Positions 31,210 through 47,041 of a stretch of 64,000 nucleotides of DNA are shown here, in pieces (positions within the stretch are counted from its first letter, which is position 1; each line of letters opens with the position of its first letter). A model generated the notes under the pieces. That model made no database searches, was not told the origin of the DNA, and saw nothing but the letters and a program-made list of their open reading frames with translations. The position numbers and the translations under genes were made by a program. The stretch is taken from the NCBI GenBank assembly GCA_963704425.1, contig OY969907.1, positions 17,553 to 81,552 of the forward strand, read 5' to 3'. The DNA comes from an uncultured Acidimicrobiaceae bacterium (lineage in GTDB: Bacteria; Actinomycetota; Acidimicrobiia; Acidimicrobiales; RAAP-2).

Positions 31210-32865
31210 TCAACTCGGAACCGTGGGCGGCATCATTGACCACGCTGGTACTTGATCCACTAATCCCGGCAGAGTGAAACTACTTTGCACGGGTGTGAGT
31301 GCGCTCGCCGACACGACGAGCGATGGCGCGGTGAATAGCGGACGTACCCAGTAGTCCGTCATGATGAGTTGATCAAACTTCAACCACGTGGTCGACGCGG
31401 TCACAGGATTAAATATGGTCGAGGCTTCGTCAAAGAGCGTCGTGGCTTCGGAACTGCGCACGCCGCTGGGGTACGTGTCGGGGTACGCGGGGCCGGCCCA
31501 CGAGCGCGCAGCGTACGCGGGCGTGGTGGTGGTGGGTCGCGCAAAGAGTGCCACGTCCGCCCGGCCCGACGCGGCGGCGCGTGGAGGCGGCCACTTCGCT
31601 TGGTTCGACCACCACTCTTGCCTTCACACCAATGCTCGCCCAGTCACTGGTTACGACTTGTGCCACCGACTCATCGAGATCACTCGGTCCAATGGCCAGA
31701 TGAACCACCAGCGGCGTGCCGGCGTCGCTGAGCCAGCCCTTGGCCGACTTCACGTAACCGTTCTCTTTTAGAGTCGCGGCCGCGCAACTCACACAGTCCG
31801 CCAAACCTCCGGGTGTGGGCGTCGTGGTGGTGGTCGTGGCCTGCCCCACCGGGTTCGTGCCGCTGCCGCCGGGATACTGATTCTGACCTTGGGAGTAAAG
31901 GGCCGACGCCGCCACCGACGGCGAGAAGGTCACAGCTCCAAACTCCTTGTCGATGAGCGCTTGGCGTTCAATCGACCAACTGAGGGCCTGGCGCATGAAG
32001 AGTTGATCACTCAACGCCGACTGCGGAGAAAAGGTGATCTCTTCGATGTTGCTCGACGACCCGATGCGCGTGCCGAGAGTCGGGTGACTGCTCAAGGCCA
32101 CCAGGGCGGAGGGGCTGAGGGCCAGGGTGTAGTCAACGTACGCTTCGCTCGCGTTACTCGGATAGCTCTGAGTGTCGGTAACGACGATGCGGCCGAAGCG
32201 GTTGGGATCACTCGACCACGCGGGGTTCATCACCATCACGATGCGATTGGGCTCGGCGCTCGAGACTTCGTACGGCCCGAGGGACGCGCGTTGGAGGAGA
32301 TTGGCCATCGAACACGAGAGCGGCGCACCGGGCTCGTCCATGTCGCGAAAGAGAAGATCCCAGTCGGCGTAGGGCTTGGCGAAGACGGCCGTCACGCTCA
32401 GACTGGTTGGTCGACACCGTGAGCGACTTGATCGCGCGATACCCGTCGCTCGTGACACTGGCCAACGCCTTGGCGCGCTGCCACCACGCCACCAGGTCTT
32501 GCCCGTTGAACCACGTGCTGTCGCTCCAGTACTGGTTGGCCCCGATGGTGTAGCGAACCGTCTCGGGAGAGAGGGAGTCAGCTCGGCCGAGGCGATCGCC
32601 CCACCCTCACCGGCCAATGTGCCGTTGGGGTTGGTGAGGAAGGCCGAGGGCTGGGTGAGGTCAAGCGATGGCGTCGGTGGTGGGCGTGGCCTGGGGGCTA
32701 AGATACGAGCACCCGTTAAACGGTCCCGGCAGCGAGAGATTCAAGGTCACGCCGTTTTCGTTGAATTGGATGAGGGCAGCGCCCCGGAGAGGGACACCGG
32801 GACGGCGAAGGCCGCCAGCCGTAGAAGGGCCAGCAGCAGCGAGCGCCGCCGCGACGCGAAGACAT
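31210..32865 (-). CDS. ABC peptide substrate-binding protein, family 5 (several apparent frameshifts)
   Basis: SLGPYEV, MRQALSWSIERQALI, WASIGVK; split over several ORFs. Confidence 0.7.
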
Positions 32866-32870
32866 CGCCT

Positions 32871-33102
32871 TTACTGCAGGCGCAGGTCGAGGGCCAGCGT
32901 GGCGAAGGTGAAGACGAAGGCTGTCGCGACCGTAATACGGTCGAGATTGCGCTCCACGACCGTGGAACCGGTCGCCGCCGCCCCGAGGGAGCCACCCATC
33001 AGGTCCGAGATACCGCCGCCGCGACCCGAGTGCAAGAGCACGAGAAAGATCAATGCCACGGCCGGAACACGCCTCAATTGCGATGATTGCCCAGGTGAGC
33101 AT
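32871..33102 (-). CDS. secG: Preprotein translocase subunit SecG (apparent frameshift)
   Basis: LVLLHSGRGGGISDLMGG...VERNLDRIT; follows tpiA. Confidence 0.92.
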
Positions 33103-33122
33103 TGGGTCCTCCGATTAGCGCT

Positions 33123-33899
33123 TTACAGCGTAGCAGTCGTCACAGGCCCGCAAGATCGCATAGAACGACTCCGCCTTGAGCGACGCACCGCCCACCAAGA
33201 ACCCCCCACGTGGCCGTCGCTCACCAAGGTCGCGGCGTTCTCAGGGTTGACCGAGCCTCCATAGAGAACCTGGGGCTCGGCGAAGGACAGTGAGGTGAGC
33301 ACGCCTCGAATGAACTCCGTCATATCCTGCACCTGTTCGGCCGAGGCGTTCACTCCCGTACCGATGGCCCACAGTGGCTCATAGGCCACGGTGACCACGG
33401 GTGAAAGAGTTGGATCGAGTCCTTCGAGCGCGCTCGAAAGTTGGCGCCTCCACAAACTCCTCGTACTCGTCGGCCTCGCGCACGGCCAGGGTCTCGCCCA
33501 CGCAGAGCACCGCGTGCAGGCCGGCGCGCAGCACGCTCGCGGTCGTGGCGCGACCGATCTCGTCGGTCATGTCGTAGTGGGTGCGCCGCTCGGAGTGTCC
33601 GACGATGACCCAGGCCACGTTGAGTCGAGCCAACATCGAGGTGCTGATCTCTCCGGTGTGCGCCCCGTTCTCGTGGGGGTTGACGTGCTGGGCGCCGAGG
33701 GCGACGGCGAGACGCTCGGAGTCCAGAATCGAACTCACGGTGCGCAGGTCCACGAAGGGCGGGGCCACCACCGCGTCGACGTGCTCGACAGGGGACGATT
33801 CTTCAGGAGCACGCCGAGCTGTTGAACGAGGTGAAGGCCTTCGACAAAGTCGAGGTTCATCTTCCAGTTGCCAATCGACCAGGCGAGTCGGGTGCTCAT
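33123..33899 (-). CDS. tpiA: Triosephosphate isomerase (apparent frameshifts)
   Basis: GAHTGEIS, IVGHSERR, AYEPLWAIGTG, LYGGSVN. Confidence 0.93.
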
Positions 33900-35048
33900 C
33901 TAGTTCCCAGGGACTTTCACGAAGGGCCCGCAGGCCGGGCAGATCACCGAGTTCGACGAGCTCTAAGGACGCTCCCCCGCCGGTGGAGACGAAACTGACG
34001 TCGTCGCTCAGGCCGTACTCAGCGAGCGCGGCGACACTGTCGCCACCGCCCACCACGCTTACGGCGCTTGAGGCGGCGATGGCGCGAGCGATGGCTTCGG
34101 TGCCCGCGCCAAAACGCGGGATCTTCAAAGACCCCCATCGGGCCGTTCCACAGAATGGTGCGCGCGCTGGCTAGGGCCGCGCTAAAGATCTCGACCGTGG
34201 TCGGGCCGATGTCGAGGCCCATGAAGTCGTCGGGAATGTTCTCTTCAAAACTCACGACCGCGTCGCCCCGCCGTCGGGGCCAAAGGGCGCGGCCGTTGGC
34301 GTAGCCCCCGGGCGTCGACCGGAATCAAGACGTTGCCGCCTTCGAGCAGCTCGGCGCACGGCCTCGAGTACGAGCGATCGAAGAGTGAACCACCGACCAA
34401 GCGCCCTTCGGCCGCGGCGAAGGTGTAGGCCATGCCGCCGCCCACGATCACCAGGTCGGCCTTCGTCGGCGAGGACCTTCATGATGCCGAGTTTGTCTTT
34501 GACCTTGGCGCCGCCGGTGACGGCCACGAAGGGCCGCTCCGGCGACGTCGAGGAGCGCCAGCAGCGTGCCGACTTCACGCTGCAAGTTCGGACCCCGCGG
34601 CGCTCGGCAGCAAGAGTGGGCGGCACCATGATCGAGGCGTGGGCGCGGTGCGACGCACCGAAGGCCTCATTGACGTAGTAGTCAAAACCCTCGACCAGCG
34701 ACGCGCCGAAGTCGGGGTCGTTGGCCTCTTCGCCGCGGATGAAAGCGCAGGTTCTCGAGTAGCTCGACGTTCGAACCGAGCTCGTGCAGGCACCGACGCA
34801 GCGGCTCCACGCGAGAACGCTCGTCGACTCGTCCCTCGGGACGTCCGAAGTGGGTGCGGCCGCGACCACGTGGCGCCCGGCTCCAGCAACTGCTCAAAGA
34901 GCGGCAAGGCCGAGCCGCAGGCGAAAGTCATCGGTGACCTCAACACGCCGTCAACGTCGGCGACCGGGGCGTTGAAGTCCACGCGAACCAGCACGCGCTT
35001 ACCCTGAGATCACCCCACGCGATCGATGGAGGGTAGGGGGCTCGTCAC
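33900..35048 (-). CDS. pgk: Phosphoglycerate kinase (many apparent frameshifts)
   Basis: [46 protein letters not shown]. Confidence 0.93.
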
Positions 35049-35051
35049 GCG

Positions 35052-36067
<1,016 letters not shown>

Positions 36068-36093
36068 TGGCGTCTCCTCTTTTCGTTGGTCTT

Positions 36094-36956
36094 CTATCTT
36101 CGCACTTCGTCCAGCACGGCCCCGGCCAATTTTTGCACATCGTGCACGAGCCCTCGTCGGTCCGAGAGGTCCCTCACCCGGGTCTCGATGGTGCAGGGAT
36201 CGTTCGCGTAGGTGGATCGCTCATCGACTAGCACCAGGTCCGGGACGACCCCGTGTCGAAGGAGCGCCTCGACGTGGTCGCCCAGTCGAAAGCCCTCCGT
36301 CTCGGGGATCTCGGGCGTGAAGGTTGGCCACGTAGATCTTCTTCGCCCGCGAGCCGGCCAACGCTTGAGTGATGCCCGGGACTACGCAGGCCGCCAGCAC
36401 GCTGGTGAAGAGCGAGCCCGGCCCAATCAAGATGACGTCGGCGCGCTCGATCGTCTCCACGGCTACGATCGGCGCGGCCGGGCTGGCCGGCTCCAGGCTC
36501 ACGCGACGAATGGTCGAGGAGTTGGCGACTTGGCTCTGGCCCCGCGTGGGTCCCTCTTCGGTCGTGGCCAACAAGCACGACGCCTTCACTACTGGCCGGC
36601 ACGATGGTGCCCTTCACCCCCATGAGTTGGGCCAGGGCCGCGACCGACTCTTCTAAGTTGCCCGTCGCGTCGAGTAACCCCACCAGGAGGAGATTGCCGA
36701 CGGCGTGCCCGCTCAACTCACCCACGCTGAAGCGGTGTTCGAAGGAGGCGGTGAGGGGATTGTCGGGATCGGCCAAGGCCACCAGGCACTTTCGGAGGTC
36801 CCCGACCGCGGCCACGTTGAGCATGGCGCGCAGTCGTCCGCTCGAGCCGCCGTCATCGGCCACCGAGACCACGCCGGTCACGTCCTCGGCGATCAGTTTG
36901 AGCGCGCGTAAAGAGACAGCGGTGCCGTGTCCCCCACCGACGGCGACGACTTTCAT
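36094..36956 (-). CDS. yvcK: YvcK/CofD-like protein (apparent frameshifts)
   Basis: VGGGHG, VADDGGSSGRLR, IGPGSLFTSV. Confidence 0.9.
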
Positions 36957-37799
36957 CGAGCGATGTCGCGGTGAAAAACGGCGCTCTCGATGCCCAAACG
37001 CCGACGAATCTCTTCGGCGATGGCCACGCTGCGGTGTCGCCCCCCGGTGCACCCGATGGCGATGGTGAGATAGGACTTGCCCTCTAAGGCGAAGGCCGGG
37101 ATCTGCCACTCGAGCAGCCGCGTGACGTCACTGATGAAGTGTTGAGCGGGCTCTTGGTCCAGCACGTAGCTCCGCCACCGGCTCGTCGAGGCCCGTCAAG
37201 GGGCGAAGTTCATCGATCCAGTGGGGGTTGGGCAGGAAGCGACAGTCAAAGACCAGGTCGACGTCACGAGGGATTCCGTAGGAGTAACCAAAGGTGACCA
37301 GCGAGACCCGCAGTGACTGCGTGCCGCGGGCGTTACTAAAGGTCTCCCCGATGCGTCGTCGCAGTTGATTGGTGTTGATGGAACCGGTGTCGATGACGAT
37401 GGCCGCGGCCTCGCGGATCGGGGACAAGACGGCACGCTCCTCGGCGATGGAGTCCACCAGCGTGGCCGCCTCGAAGGGGTGACGGCGGCGGTTGCTCTCG
37501 TAGCGGTGAATCAGGACCTCATCGGGGGCGTCGAGAAAAAGGATCTGGGCGTGGTCGTGTCGGGCTTGCAGTTCTTTCTCCACTTCCAACAGGGCGGCCG
37601 GTTCAGCCTCCCCGCGACGGCCGACGATGAAGGCGAGGCCGGCGTAGTCGTGGGAGTCATCGTTCACGAGCTCGTCGACGCGCACCACGAGTTCGAGGGG
37701 CAGATTGTCAATTACGAACCATCCGAGGTCTTCCAAGGCGGCCGAGACCGTCGAGCGTCCGGCGCCCGACATGCCCGTGACCAACAAGACTTCACTCAT
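36953..37799 (-). CDS. rapZ: RNase adapter RapZ (apparent frameshift near 37170)
   Basis: TGMSGAGRS, FDCRFLPNPHW, GCTGGRHRSV. Confidence 0.93.
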
Positions 37800-39654
37800 C
37801 GCGAGACCCCTTCGTGGGTCGTGGCGCACTCGGCGCCTGCAGATGATCGTAGAGCCTGGTCGCCACGTCACCGGGCAACCAGGTCAAGGCGCGCAACTCT
37901 TCCAACGTCGCTTGACGCAGCGCGTTCAGCGAACCGTACGCCCCGAGTAGTCGCTCGCGTCGCGCGGGCCCGAGGCCCTCCACCCCCTCCAGCGAGGACG
38001 CCACCATCGACTTACCCCGCTTGGACCGATGAAAAGTGATAGCGAAGCGGTGCGCCTCGTCGCGTAGCCGTTGCACCAGGTAGAGCGACTCCGATCCGCG
38101 CTCCAAGACGATCGGCACGGAACTACCGGGGCGAAACAGCAACTCCTCTCGCTTGGCCAGGGCCGCGAACTCGACTAGTCCCCCGAGGTCCAACGAGCGC
38201 GCCGCCTTCTCGGCCGCGTGTAACTGCGGCAGTCCTCCGTCGATGATGATCAGATCGGGGCGACGGAACTTCGTGGAGCCCTGGTGATCTTCCCAGTGGG
38301 TGAGTCGTCGACGCACCACCTCTTCCATCGCCCCCACGTCGTCGTTGCCCAGCACCTCTTTGACGTTGAAGTGGCGATAGTCACTTTTAAGAGGCAGGGC
38401 GTCTTCGAAAACGACCATCGAGCCGACGTAGTTGGTCCCCTGGAGGTGACTCATGTCGAAGCACTCGATGCGAAAGGGTGGCTGCTCTAGATGCAAGGCG
38501 ACACCCAACTCCTGGAGGGCGCGAGCGCGCACGTTGTGGTCGGCCTGGCGGCGCAGCGAGTCCCGCCCGATCACGGCCTGGGCATCCTCACGAGCCAACT
38601 CGACCGCCCGGCGACGCTTGCCCCGCTGGGCCACCACGACCTCGACCGGCCGCCCGCGAACTCCGCTCAGATACTGAGTCACCAGGGGCGACGAGAAGTC
38701 CGCGCTCTCTAAGACCACCACCGGCGGCACGGAGTCCGCGTCGAGATAGAGATCGGTCAAGGCGTTCTCTAGAATCTCGCGGTCATCTTCTTCTAAGGAG
38801 CGATCCACCAGGTGGACCGTTCGACCGACCACGCGGCCAAAGCGAACGCGAAATCTCACCAAGGCCGATCGGCTCCCTTCGTTGGCGATGGCGATGACGT
38901 CTAAGTTGGAGTGATCGTCCAGCACTACCGTCTGGGTATTGGCCGCTCGCTCTAGGGCCGCCAGGCTGTCGCGCGCCTTGGCCGCCGCTTCGTAGTGCTT
39001 CTCGGACGAGGCCTCGTCCATCTGTCGACGTAGAAGGTTGCGCAGTTCACGTACGTCACCTTCGAAGAATCGAGCCCAAGACTGGACTAACTGCTGATAC
39101 CCAATCGGGTCGATCGCTCCGACGCAGGGGCCCGAGCACTTGCCGATGTCGTAGAGCAGACAGGGCCGATTAATGCGCTGTTGGTAGTTGAACTTGTGCT
39201 TAGAGCACGAACGTAGCGGGAAGGCCTCTAAGAGTTCATCCATCGTCACTCGCAGCGCGCGCACGTTGACGAAGGGTCCGAAGTAGCGCACCCCTTTGAC
39301 GTGTTGGCCGCGCGTCACGTAGGGGGCGGCGAAGGGCGTACGGGAGTCCAGCGCCACGAAAGGGAAACTCTTGTCATCCTTGAGGCGCATGTTGTAGCGC
39401 GGTTGATTCTCCTTGATCAACTCGTTCTCGAGGATGAGGGCGTCCACTTCGCTGGGCGTCACGATCCACTCAACCGACGAGGCCTCCTCCATGAGGAACT
39501 GCGTCTTCTCACTCAGCCCTTCGCGGCGTTGAAAGTAGCTGGAGAGCCGCTGGGCGAGCACGCGGGCCTTACCCACGTAGATAATGGTGCCCTTGTCGTT
39601 ACGAAAGAGGTAGCAACCGCTCTGACGGGGAATGCCCGAGGGCTTGGTCAGCAT
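37792..39654 (-). CDS. uvrC: Excinuclease ABC subunit C
   Basis: GIY-YIG (YVGKA), RIECFDMSH, IDGG, RDEAHRFA. Confidence 0.97.
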   Translation of the reverse strand: MLTKPSGIPRQSGCYLFRNDKGTIIYVGKARVLAQRLSSYFQRREGLSEKTQFLMEEASSVEWIVTPSEVDALILENELIKENQPRYNMRLKDDKSFPFVALDSRTPFAAPYVTRGQHVKGVRYFGPFVNVRALRVTMDELLEAFPLRSCSKHKFNYQQRINRPCLLYDIGKCSGPCVGAIDPIGYQQLVQSWARFFEGDVRELRNLLRRQMDEASSEKHYEAAAKARDSLAALERAANTQTVVLDDHSNLDVIAIANEGSRSALVRFRVRFGRVVGRTVHLVDRSLEEDDREILENALTDLYLDADSVPPVVVLESADFSSPLVTQYLSGVRGRPVEVVVAQRGKRRRAVELAREDAQAVIGRDSLRRQADHNVRARALQELGVALHLEQPPFRIECFDMSHLQGTNYVGSMVVFEDALPLKSDYRHFNVKEVLGNDDVGAMEEVVRRRLTHWEDHQGSTKFRRPDLIIIDGGLPQLHAAEKAARSLDLGGLVEFAALAKREELLFRPGSSVPIVLERGSESLYLVQRLRDEAHRFAITFHRSKRGKSMVASSLEGVEGLGPARRERLLGAYGSLNALRQATLEELRALTWLPGDVATRLYDHLQAPSAPRPTKGSRDE

Positions 39655-42483
39655 CAGAGGCGGCCGTTGCCGGCCAACACCTCTTTCAACACCGTGCCGG
39701 TCGCGGTGTTGAGTTGCGCGATCTCTTCCGGCGTACCTTCCCCGACCACCAGTCCGCCGCGGCGGCCCCCTTCGGGTCCTAAGTCGATGACCCAGTCGGC
39801 GGTTTTGATGACGTCCAAGTTATGTTCGATGACCAAGACGGTATTGCCCTGGTCGACCAGCCGGTGTAGCACGTGCAGCAGTCGATTGACGTCTTCAAAG
39901 TGCAGGCCGGTCGTCGGTTCGTCCAACACGTACAAGGTGTGACCCGTCGGGCGACGCGCCAACTCCGTGGCTAACTTGACCCGCTGCGCTTCGCCGCCCG
40001 ACAAGGTGGGCGCGGGTTGGCCCAGTCGAACGTAGCCCAGTCCCACGTCCATGAGGCTTTGGACGTGTCGCAGAATCAACGGTTGGCGTTCGAAGAACTC
40101 CAGGGCTTCAGCGATCGACATGTTCAACACGTCGGCGATGGACTTGCCACGATACAGGATCTCGAGGGTCTCTCGGTTGTAGCGAGCGCCATTGCAGACG
40201 TCACAGTTGACGTAGACGTCCGGCAAGAAGTGCATCTCGATCTTGATGGTGCCGTCCCCGGCGCAGGCCTCGCACCGTCCGCCCTTCACGTTGAATGAGA
40301 AGCGGCCCTGTTGGTATCCGCGGATCTTCGACTCCTGGGTCTCGGCGAAGAGTTTGCGAATCTTGTCAAAGACCCCCGTGTAGGTGGCGGGGTTGGAGCG
40401 CGGCGTGCGACCGATGGGTTGCTGATCGACGGCCACCACTTTGTCGAGGTTCTTTACGCCGAGGATCGTGTCGTGCTCGGCGGCTTTGGTCTTGGCCCGA
40501 TTGATCTGGTGCTCCAACGAGGCCAAAAGAATGGCGTTGATCAGCGACGACTTACCCGACCCCGACACGCCCGTTACCGCTACGAAATCGCCCAAGGGAA
40601 TATTGACCGTGATATCGCGCAAGTTGTTGGCCCGCGCGCCCTTGATGGTGAGCTTTTTGCCGTCACCCGTGCGTCGAGTAGTGGGCACCTCAATGGACTT
40701 GGCTCCTGAGAGGTACTGACCGGTGAGCGATCGCTTGTTCTTTAGTAGCGCCTCGTAGTTGCCGGCGTGCACCACCTCACCGCCGTACTCACCCGCCCCG
40801 GGACCGATGTCGACAATGAAGTCGGCCATGCGGATGGTCTCTTCGTCGTGTTCCACCACGATCACCGAGTTACCGAGATCGCGGAGTCGTTCCAGCGTGG
40901 CGATCAGTCGGCGATTATCGCGTTGATGCAGACCGATCGAGGGTTCGTCCAGAACGTAGAGGACGCCCACCAGGTAACTACCGATCTGACTAGCCAGACG
41001 AATGCGCTGGGCCTCGCCGCCCGACAGGGTGGCCGACGCGCGACTGAGCGTGAGGTAGTCCAGACCCACGTCCATCAAGAAGGTCAGTCGCTCGACGATC
41101 TCCTTGATGACTTGGTGCGCGATGGTCTCTTCTCGGGCCGTCAGTTTCAGCCCACCGAAGAAGGCGATGGCCTCATCGATGGTGAAGGAGCTGACCTCGG
41201 CGATGTTGCGATCGTGCACGCGCACCGCGAGAACTTCGGGCTTCAGTCGTTGGCCTTTGCAGGTGGTGCACTCAACTTCGCGCATGTACTGTTCGGCCTG
41301 CTCGCGCGACCAGTCACCATCGGCTTCGTTGCGCTTGCGCTCGAACCAGTCGACGATGCCGTTGTAGGTCGTCTCGTAAGTGCGCACCCGCCCGTAGCGG
41401 TTCTTGTACTTGACGGCGACCGACTTCGTGTCGACCCCGTAGAGGATCAACTTTCGGTCCTTGGCCTTCAGCTTCTTCCAGGGCGTGTCGACGTCGAAGC
41501 CACCCAACGTGGCGATGCCCTCGATGAGTCGCTCGAAGTATTTAAAACGCGCCCCGGCCCAGGGAGCGAGCGCGCCTTCGGCCAGGGAGAGAGTGTCGTC
41601 GGGCACCACCAGATCGGGAGCGACTTCGTAGCGCGTGCCCAGGCCCGTGCACACGGGACAGGCTCCGTAGGGCGAGTTAAAGGAGAAGTCACGGGGGGCG
41701 AGTTCGTTGAAGCTGATGCCGCAGTCGCTGCAGGCCATCTTCTCGGAGAACTGGACCATCTCCTCGGGGTCGAGGAAGAGGAACTTGACCACGCCCTTAG
41801 TGAGTTTGAGCGCCGACTCCACGGACTCGGTGAGCCGTTGGCGATTCGCCTTCTTCACGGTGAGCCGATCCAACACCACGTCAATGGTGTGCTGTTCGTA
41901 GCGCGCCAACGTGAGTGAGTCGCGCTCGGAGAGTTCCATGACGACGCCGTCGACGCGAACGCGAGAGAAGCCCTGGCCGGCCAGCTCGTTCAGCAGCGTG
42001 CTGTACTCGCCCTTGCGACCCTCGACCACCGTCGCGAGGACCAAGAACCGTTCGCCGTCGTTGCGGGCCAGGACTTGGTCAACGATCTGCTGGGGGGTCT
42101 GGCTGGTGATGGGCTTGCCGCAGTTGGGGCAGTACGGTACGCCGATGCGCGCAAAGAGCAGGCGGAGATAGTCGTGAATCTCGGTGATGGTGCCCACCGT
42201 CGAGCGAGGGTTCCGCGAGGCGGTCTTCTGATCGATCGAGATCGCCGGGGAGAGTCCCTCGATGAACTCCACGTCGGGCTTGTCCATCTGGCCCAGGAAC
42301 TGTCGGGCGTAGGCGGACAGGCTCTCGACATAGCGCCGTTGACCTTCGGCGTAAATAGTGTCAAAGGCGAGGGACGACTTGCCCGATCCGGACAGTCCGG
42401 TGAAGACGACCAACTGGTCGCGAGGGATCTCCACGGAGAGGTTTTTCAGGTTGTGGACCCTCGCTCCCTGGACGCGAATCGAC

Positions 42484-42491
<8 letters not shown>
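39654..42491 (-). CDS. uvrA: Excinuclease ABC subunit A
   Basis: [14 protein letters not shown], two LSGGEAQR motifs, Zn fingers. Confidence 0.98.
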
Positions 42492-44520
<2,029 letters not shown>

Positions 44521-44524
<4 letters not shown>

Positions 44525-45111
44525 GCCTCTTCCAACTCGGCCAGGGCGACGTCGAGGTGACCGTAGAGGTCATCGAGGGTGCCGTCATTCCAGATCACTC
44601 GATCGACGATCGCCACTCGCTCGTCGTTGCTCATCTGCGCGGCCAAACGTGCGGTGGCGTCGTCGTGGCTCATCCCACGCTGGGTGACCAGCCGGTCCAG
44701 AGCCGTCTGCGGATCGGCCACGACCGCCCAGGCCTCATCAAGGTGAAGGTTCTCGCGGTGTTCCTCCCGATACAGCGGGATCGCCACAAAGACCGTAGGC
44801 GCGTCAGTCTCGTCCAGCTCCCGCGCCATCTCGCTGCCGATATAGCTGTGAGTGATGTGATTGAGCCGCCGCAGCGCACTCTCATCGTGAAAGACCACGT
44901 CGGCGAGAAAGTCTCGGTCAATATTGTCGTCGCCGTCAAGTACGGCCGTGCCGAACGCGTCGCGTAACGCCCTCCACGCCGGTTCGCCTTTTTCTACAAC
45001 TTTTCGCGCAATGACATCTGCGTCAATCACGGAATAGCCGAGCAGCGTGAGCCGTTCTGCCACGGCCGTTTTGCCAGCACCAATCCCGCCCGCGATAGCG
45101 ACACTTTTCAC
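44521..45111 (-). CDS. coaE: Dephospho-CoA kinase
   Basis: [23 protein letters not shown]. Confidence 0.93.
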
Positions 45112-45219
45112 ACATCCACGGTACTAACGGGTAGTGACATCTCGGTCAGGACGGGCCTGGTGTTACCAGCGGGTAGGTGCTCCTTGAGTAATGTCGCTAC
45201 AGGTCCTTTAGGGGGAACG

Positions 45220-46170
45220 TTGGCTCGATATTTAGTGCGGCGGCTGGTCATGTTGATCGGCATCGTCTTCATCATCACCATCGGTTCCTTCTACCTCATC
45301 CATCTCCTTCCCGGGGATCCGGCCGCCGTCATACTCGGCACCGGCGACAGCCCGGCCAACAGAGCCAAGCTCTATGCGCAGTTGGGTCTCAATAAACCGA
45401 TCTGGGAGCAGTATTTCGTCTGGATCAAGAACGTCCTGCGAGGCAATTTAGGAACGTCGTTCATCTCCCAGACGACCGTCTGGAGCGTCATTAAGGCGGC
45501 CCTGCCCATCGACGTCGAGATCATCATCCTGAGCCAGATTCTCGCCTTCCTCGTCGCCATTCCCCTCGCGATGCGCAGCGCCCGACGTCCCGACGGCCCG
45601 TTGGACCGCATCTTGGGCGCGGGAAGTTTCACCCTGCTCACCATTCCCTCCTTCGTGATCATCGTGTTGCTCGTGCTGGTGGTCGCGATCAAACTCGGCG
45701 TTCCCCATACCGGCCCCTCCTCGTACGTGTCTCTGGGAACGGACTGGATCGGCAACCTCGAGAGCCTCTCGCTGCCCTCGGTCACCCTGGCCATCGGGAG
45801 CTTCGTGGTCTACTACCGCGTACTGCGAAGCGACCTCATCGCCACGTTGCAAGAAGAGTTCATCACCATGGCCCGCTCCAAGGGCATTAGTCAGCGCCGC
45901 ATCATGTGGCGACACGCCTTTCGGCCGTCCTCGGTCGCTCTGCTCGGCACGGCGGGAGTCAACATCGGCGGACTATTGGCCGGCGGGTTTATCGTCCAGT
46001 ACCTCCTCAGCATCCCCGGCCTGGGGTATGAACTCATTGAGTCCATTGGCCTGAGTGACTACCTGGTCGTCCAGGGCATCGTCTTAGTGGTTTCGGTGGG
46101 GGTCATTCTCATCAACTTCGGCTTCGACCTACTTATAAATATTGTCGATCCCAGGATTAGTCGTGAGTAG
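45220..46170 (+). CDS. Peptide ABC transporter permease (DppB/OppB)
   Basis: LPGDPA, GNLGTS, ARSKG, DPRI. Confidence 0.92.
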   Translation: MARYLVRRLVMLIGIVFIITIGSFYLIHLLPGDPAAVILGTGDSPANRAKLYAQLGLNKPIWEQYFVWIKNVLRGNLGTSFISQTTVWSVIKAALPIDVEIIILSQILAFLVAIPLAMRSARRPDGPLDRILGAGSFTLLTIPSFVIIVLLVLVVAIKLGVPHTGPSSYVSLGTDWIGNLESLSLPSVTLAIGSFVVYYRVLRSDLIATLQEEFITMARSKGISQRRIMWRHAFRPSSVALLGTAGVNIGGLLAGGFIVQYLLSIPGLGYELIESIGLSDYLVVQGIVLVVSVGVILINFGFDLLINIVDPRISRE

Positions 46171-47041
46171 TTCGAACTTCGTCAACGAAATCGTCGAAGA
46201 GGCCCACGACCGACCGGGGCGAAAGAAGAAGTTGGGCGTGCTCTTTTGGATCTGTGTCGGGTGGCTGGTCCTCAACTTCGTCGGCGCCATCTTCGCCAAC
46301 GTGTTGCCGCTTCAAAATCCGCTGTATCAGAACTACGCCGTGGTGAACGCCGCGCCCTCGCTGCACCACCTCTTTGGTACCGACGATCTCGGTCGCGACA
46401 TCTTCTCGCGCATCGTCTTTGGCTCACGGGTCTCCATCGAAGTGAGCCTCGGGGCCATGTTGATCGGATTTGGCATCGGTGCGCCGCTCGGCATGTTGGC
46501 CGCCTATCGTCGAGGAAAGTTCGACTCCATCTTGACGGCCGTCATGTACGTGTTGCTCGCTTTTCCGGCCATCATCGCCACCATCGCCGTTCTTTCGTTC
46601 TGGACGCCCCGCTCGCTGCTCAAGATCATCATTGTGGTGGGGGTCGCCTCCATTCCCCTGGTGTATCGGGTTATTCGCAGCGCCACCATGAACTACGCCA
46701 CCCGAGATTTCGTCGTCGCGGCCAAGGTCCAAGGGGCCACCGACCGACGCATTCTCATGAAAGAGTTGCTGCCCAACGTGGCTCCGATTGGCGTGTCGTT
46801 CCTCTTAATCGGTATCGCCACCGTGGTCACCTTGGAGGGCGCCCTGGCCTTTCTCGGCCTCTCCGTGAATCCCCCGACGCCGTCGTGGGGCAACATGATC
46901 AACGAAAGTCTCTCCATCTTGCAGCAGAACCCCTGGCTCGCCATCTTTCCGTCGCTGGCCATGTGTCTGTTTTTGCTCTGTTTGAACTTCATTGGCGACC
47001 GACTGCGTTCGCACTTTGAAGTCTCCGAGGCCAAGCTATGA
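46163..47041 (+). CDS. Peptide ABC transporter permease (DppC/OppC)
   Basis: FGTDDLGRDIFSR, PSWGNMI. Confidence 0.92.
   Translation: MSSSNFVNEIVEEAHDRPGRKKKLGVLFWICVGWLVLNFVGAIFANVLPLQNPLYQNYAVVNAAPSLHHLFGTDDLGRDIFSRIVFGSRVSIEVSLGAMLIGFGIGAPLGMLAAYRRGKFDSILTAVMYVLLAFPAIIATIAVLSFWTPRSLLKIIIVVGVASIPLVYRVIRSATMNYATRDFVVAAKVQGATDRRILMKELLPNVAPIGVSFLLIGIATVVTLEGALAFLGLSVNPPTPSWGNMINESLSILQQNPWLAIFPSLAMCLFLLCLNFIGDRLRSHFEVSEAKL

Noticed and set aside
40767-41918. Long antisense ORFs (also 4625-5413 and 50067-51008)
   Set aside because: Shadow frames of uvrA, pyrG and rpsA, expected at high GC.
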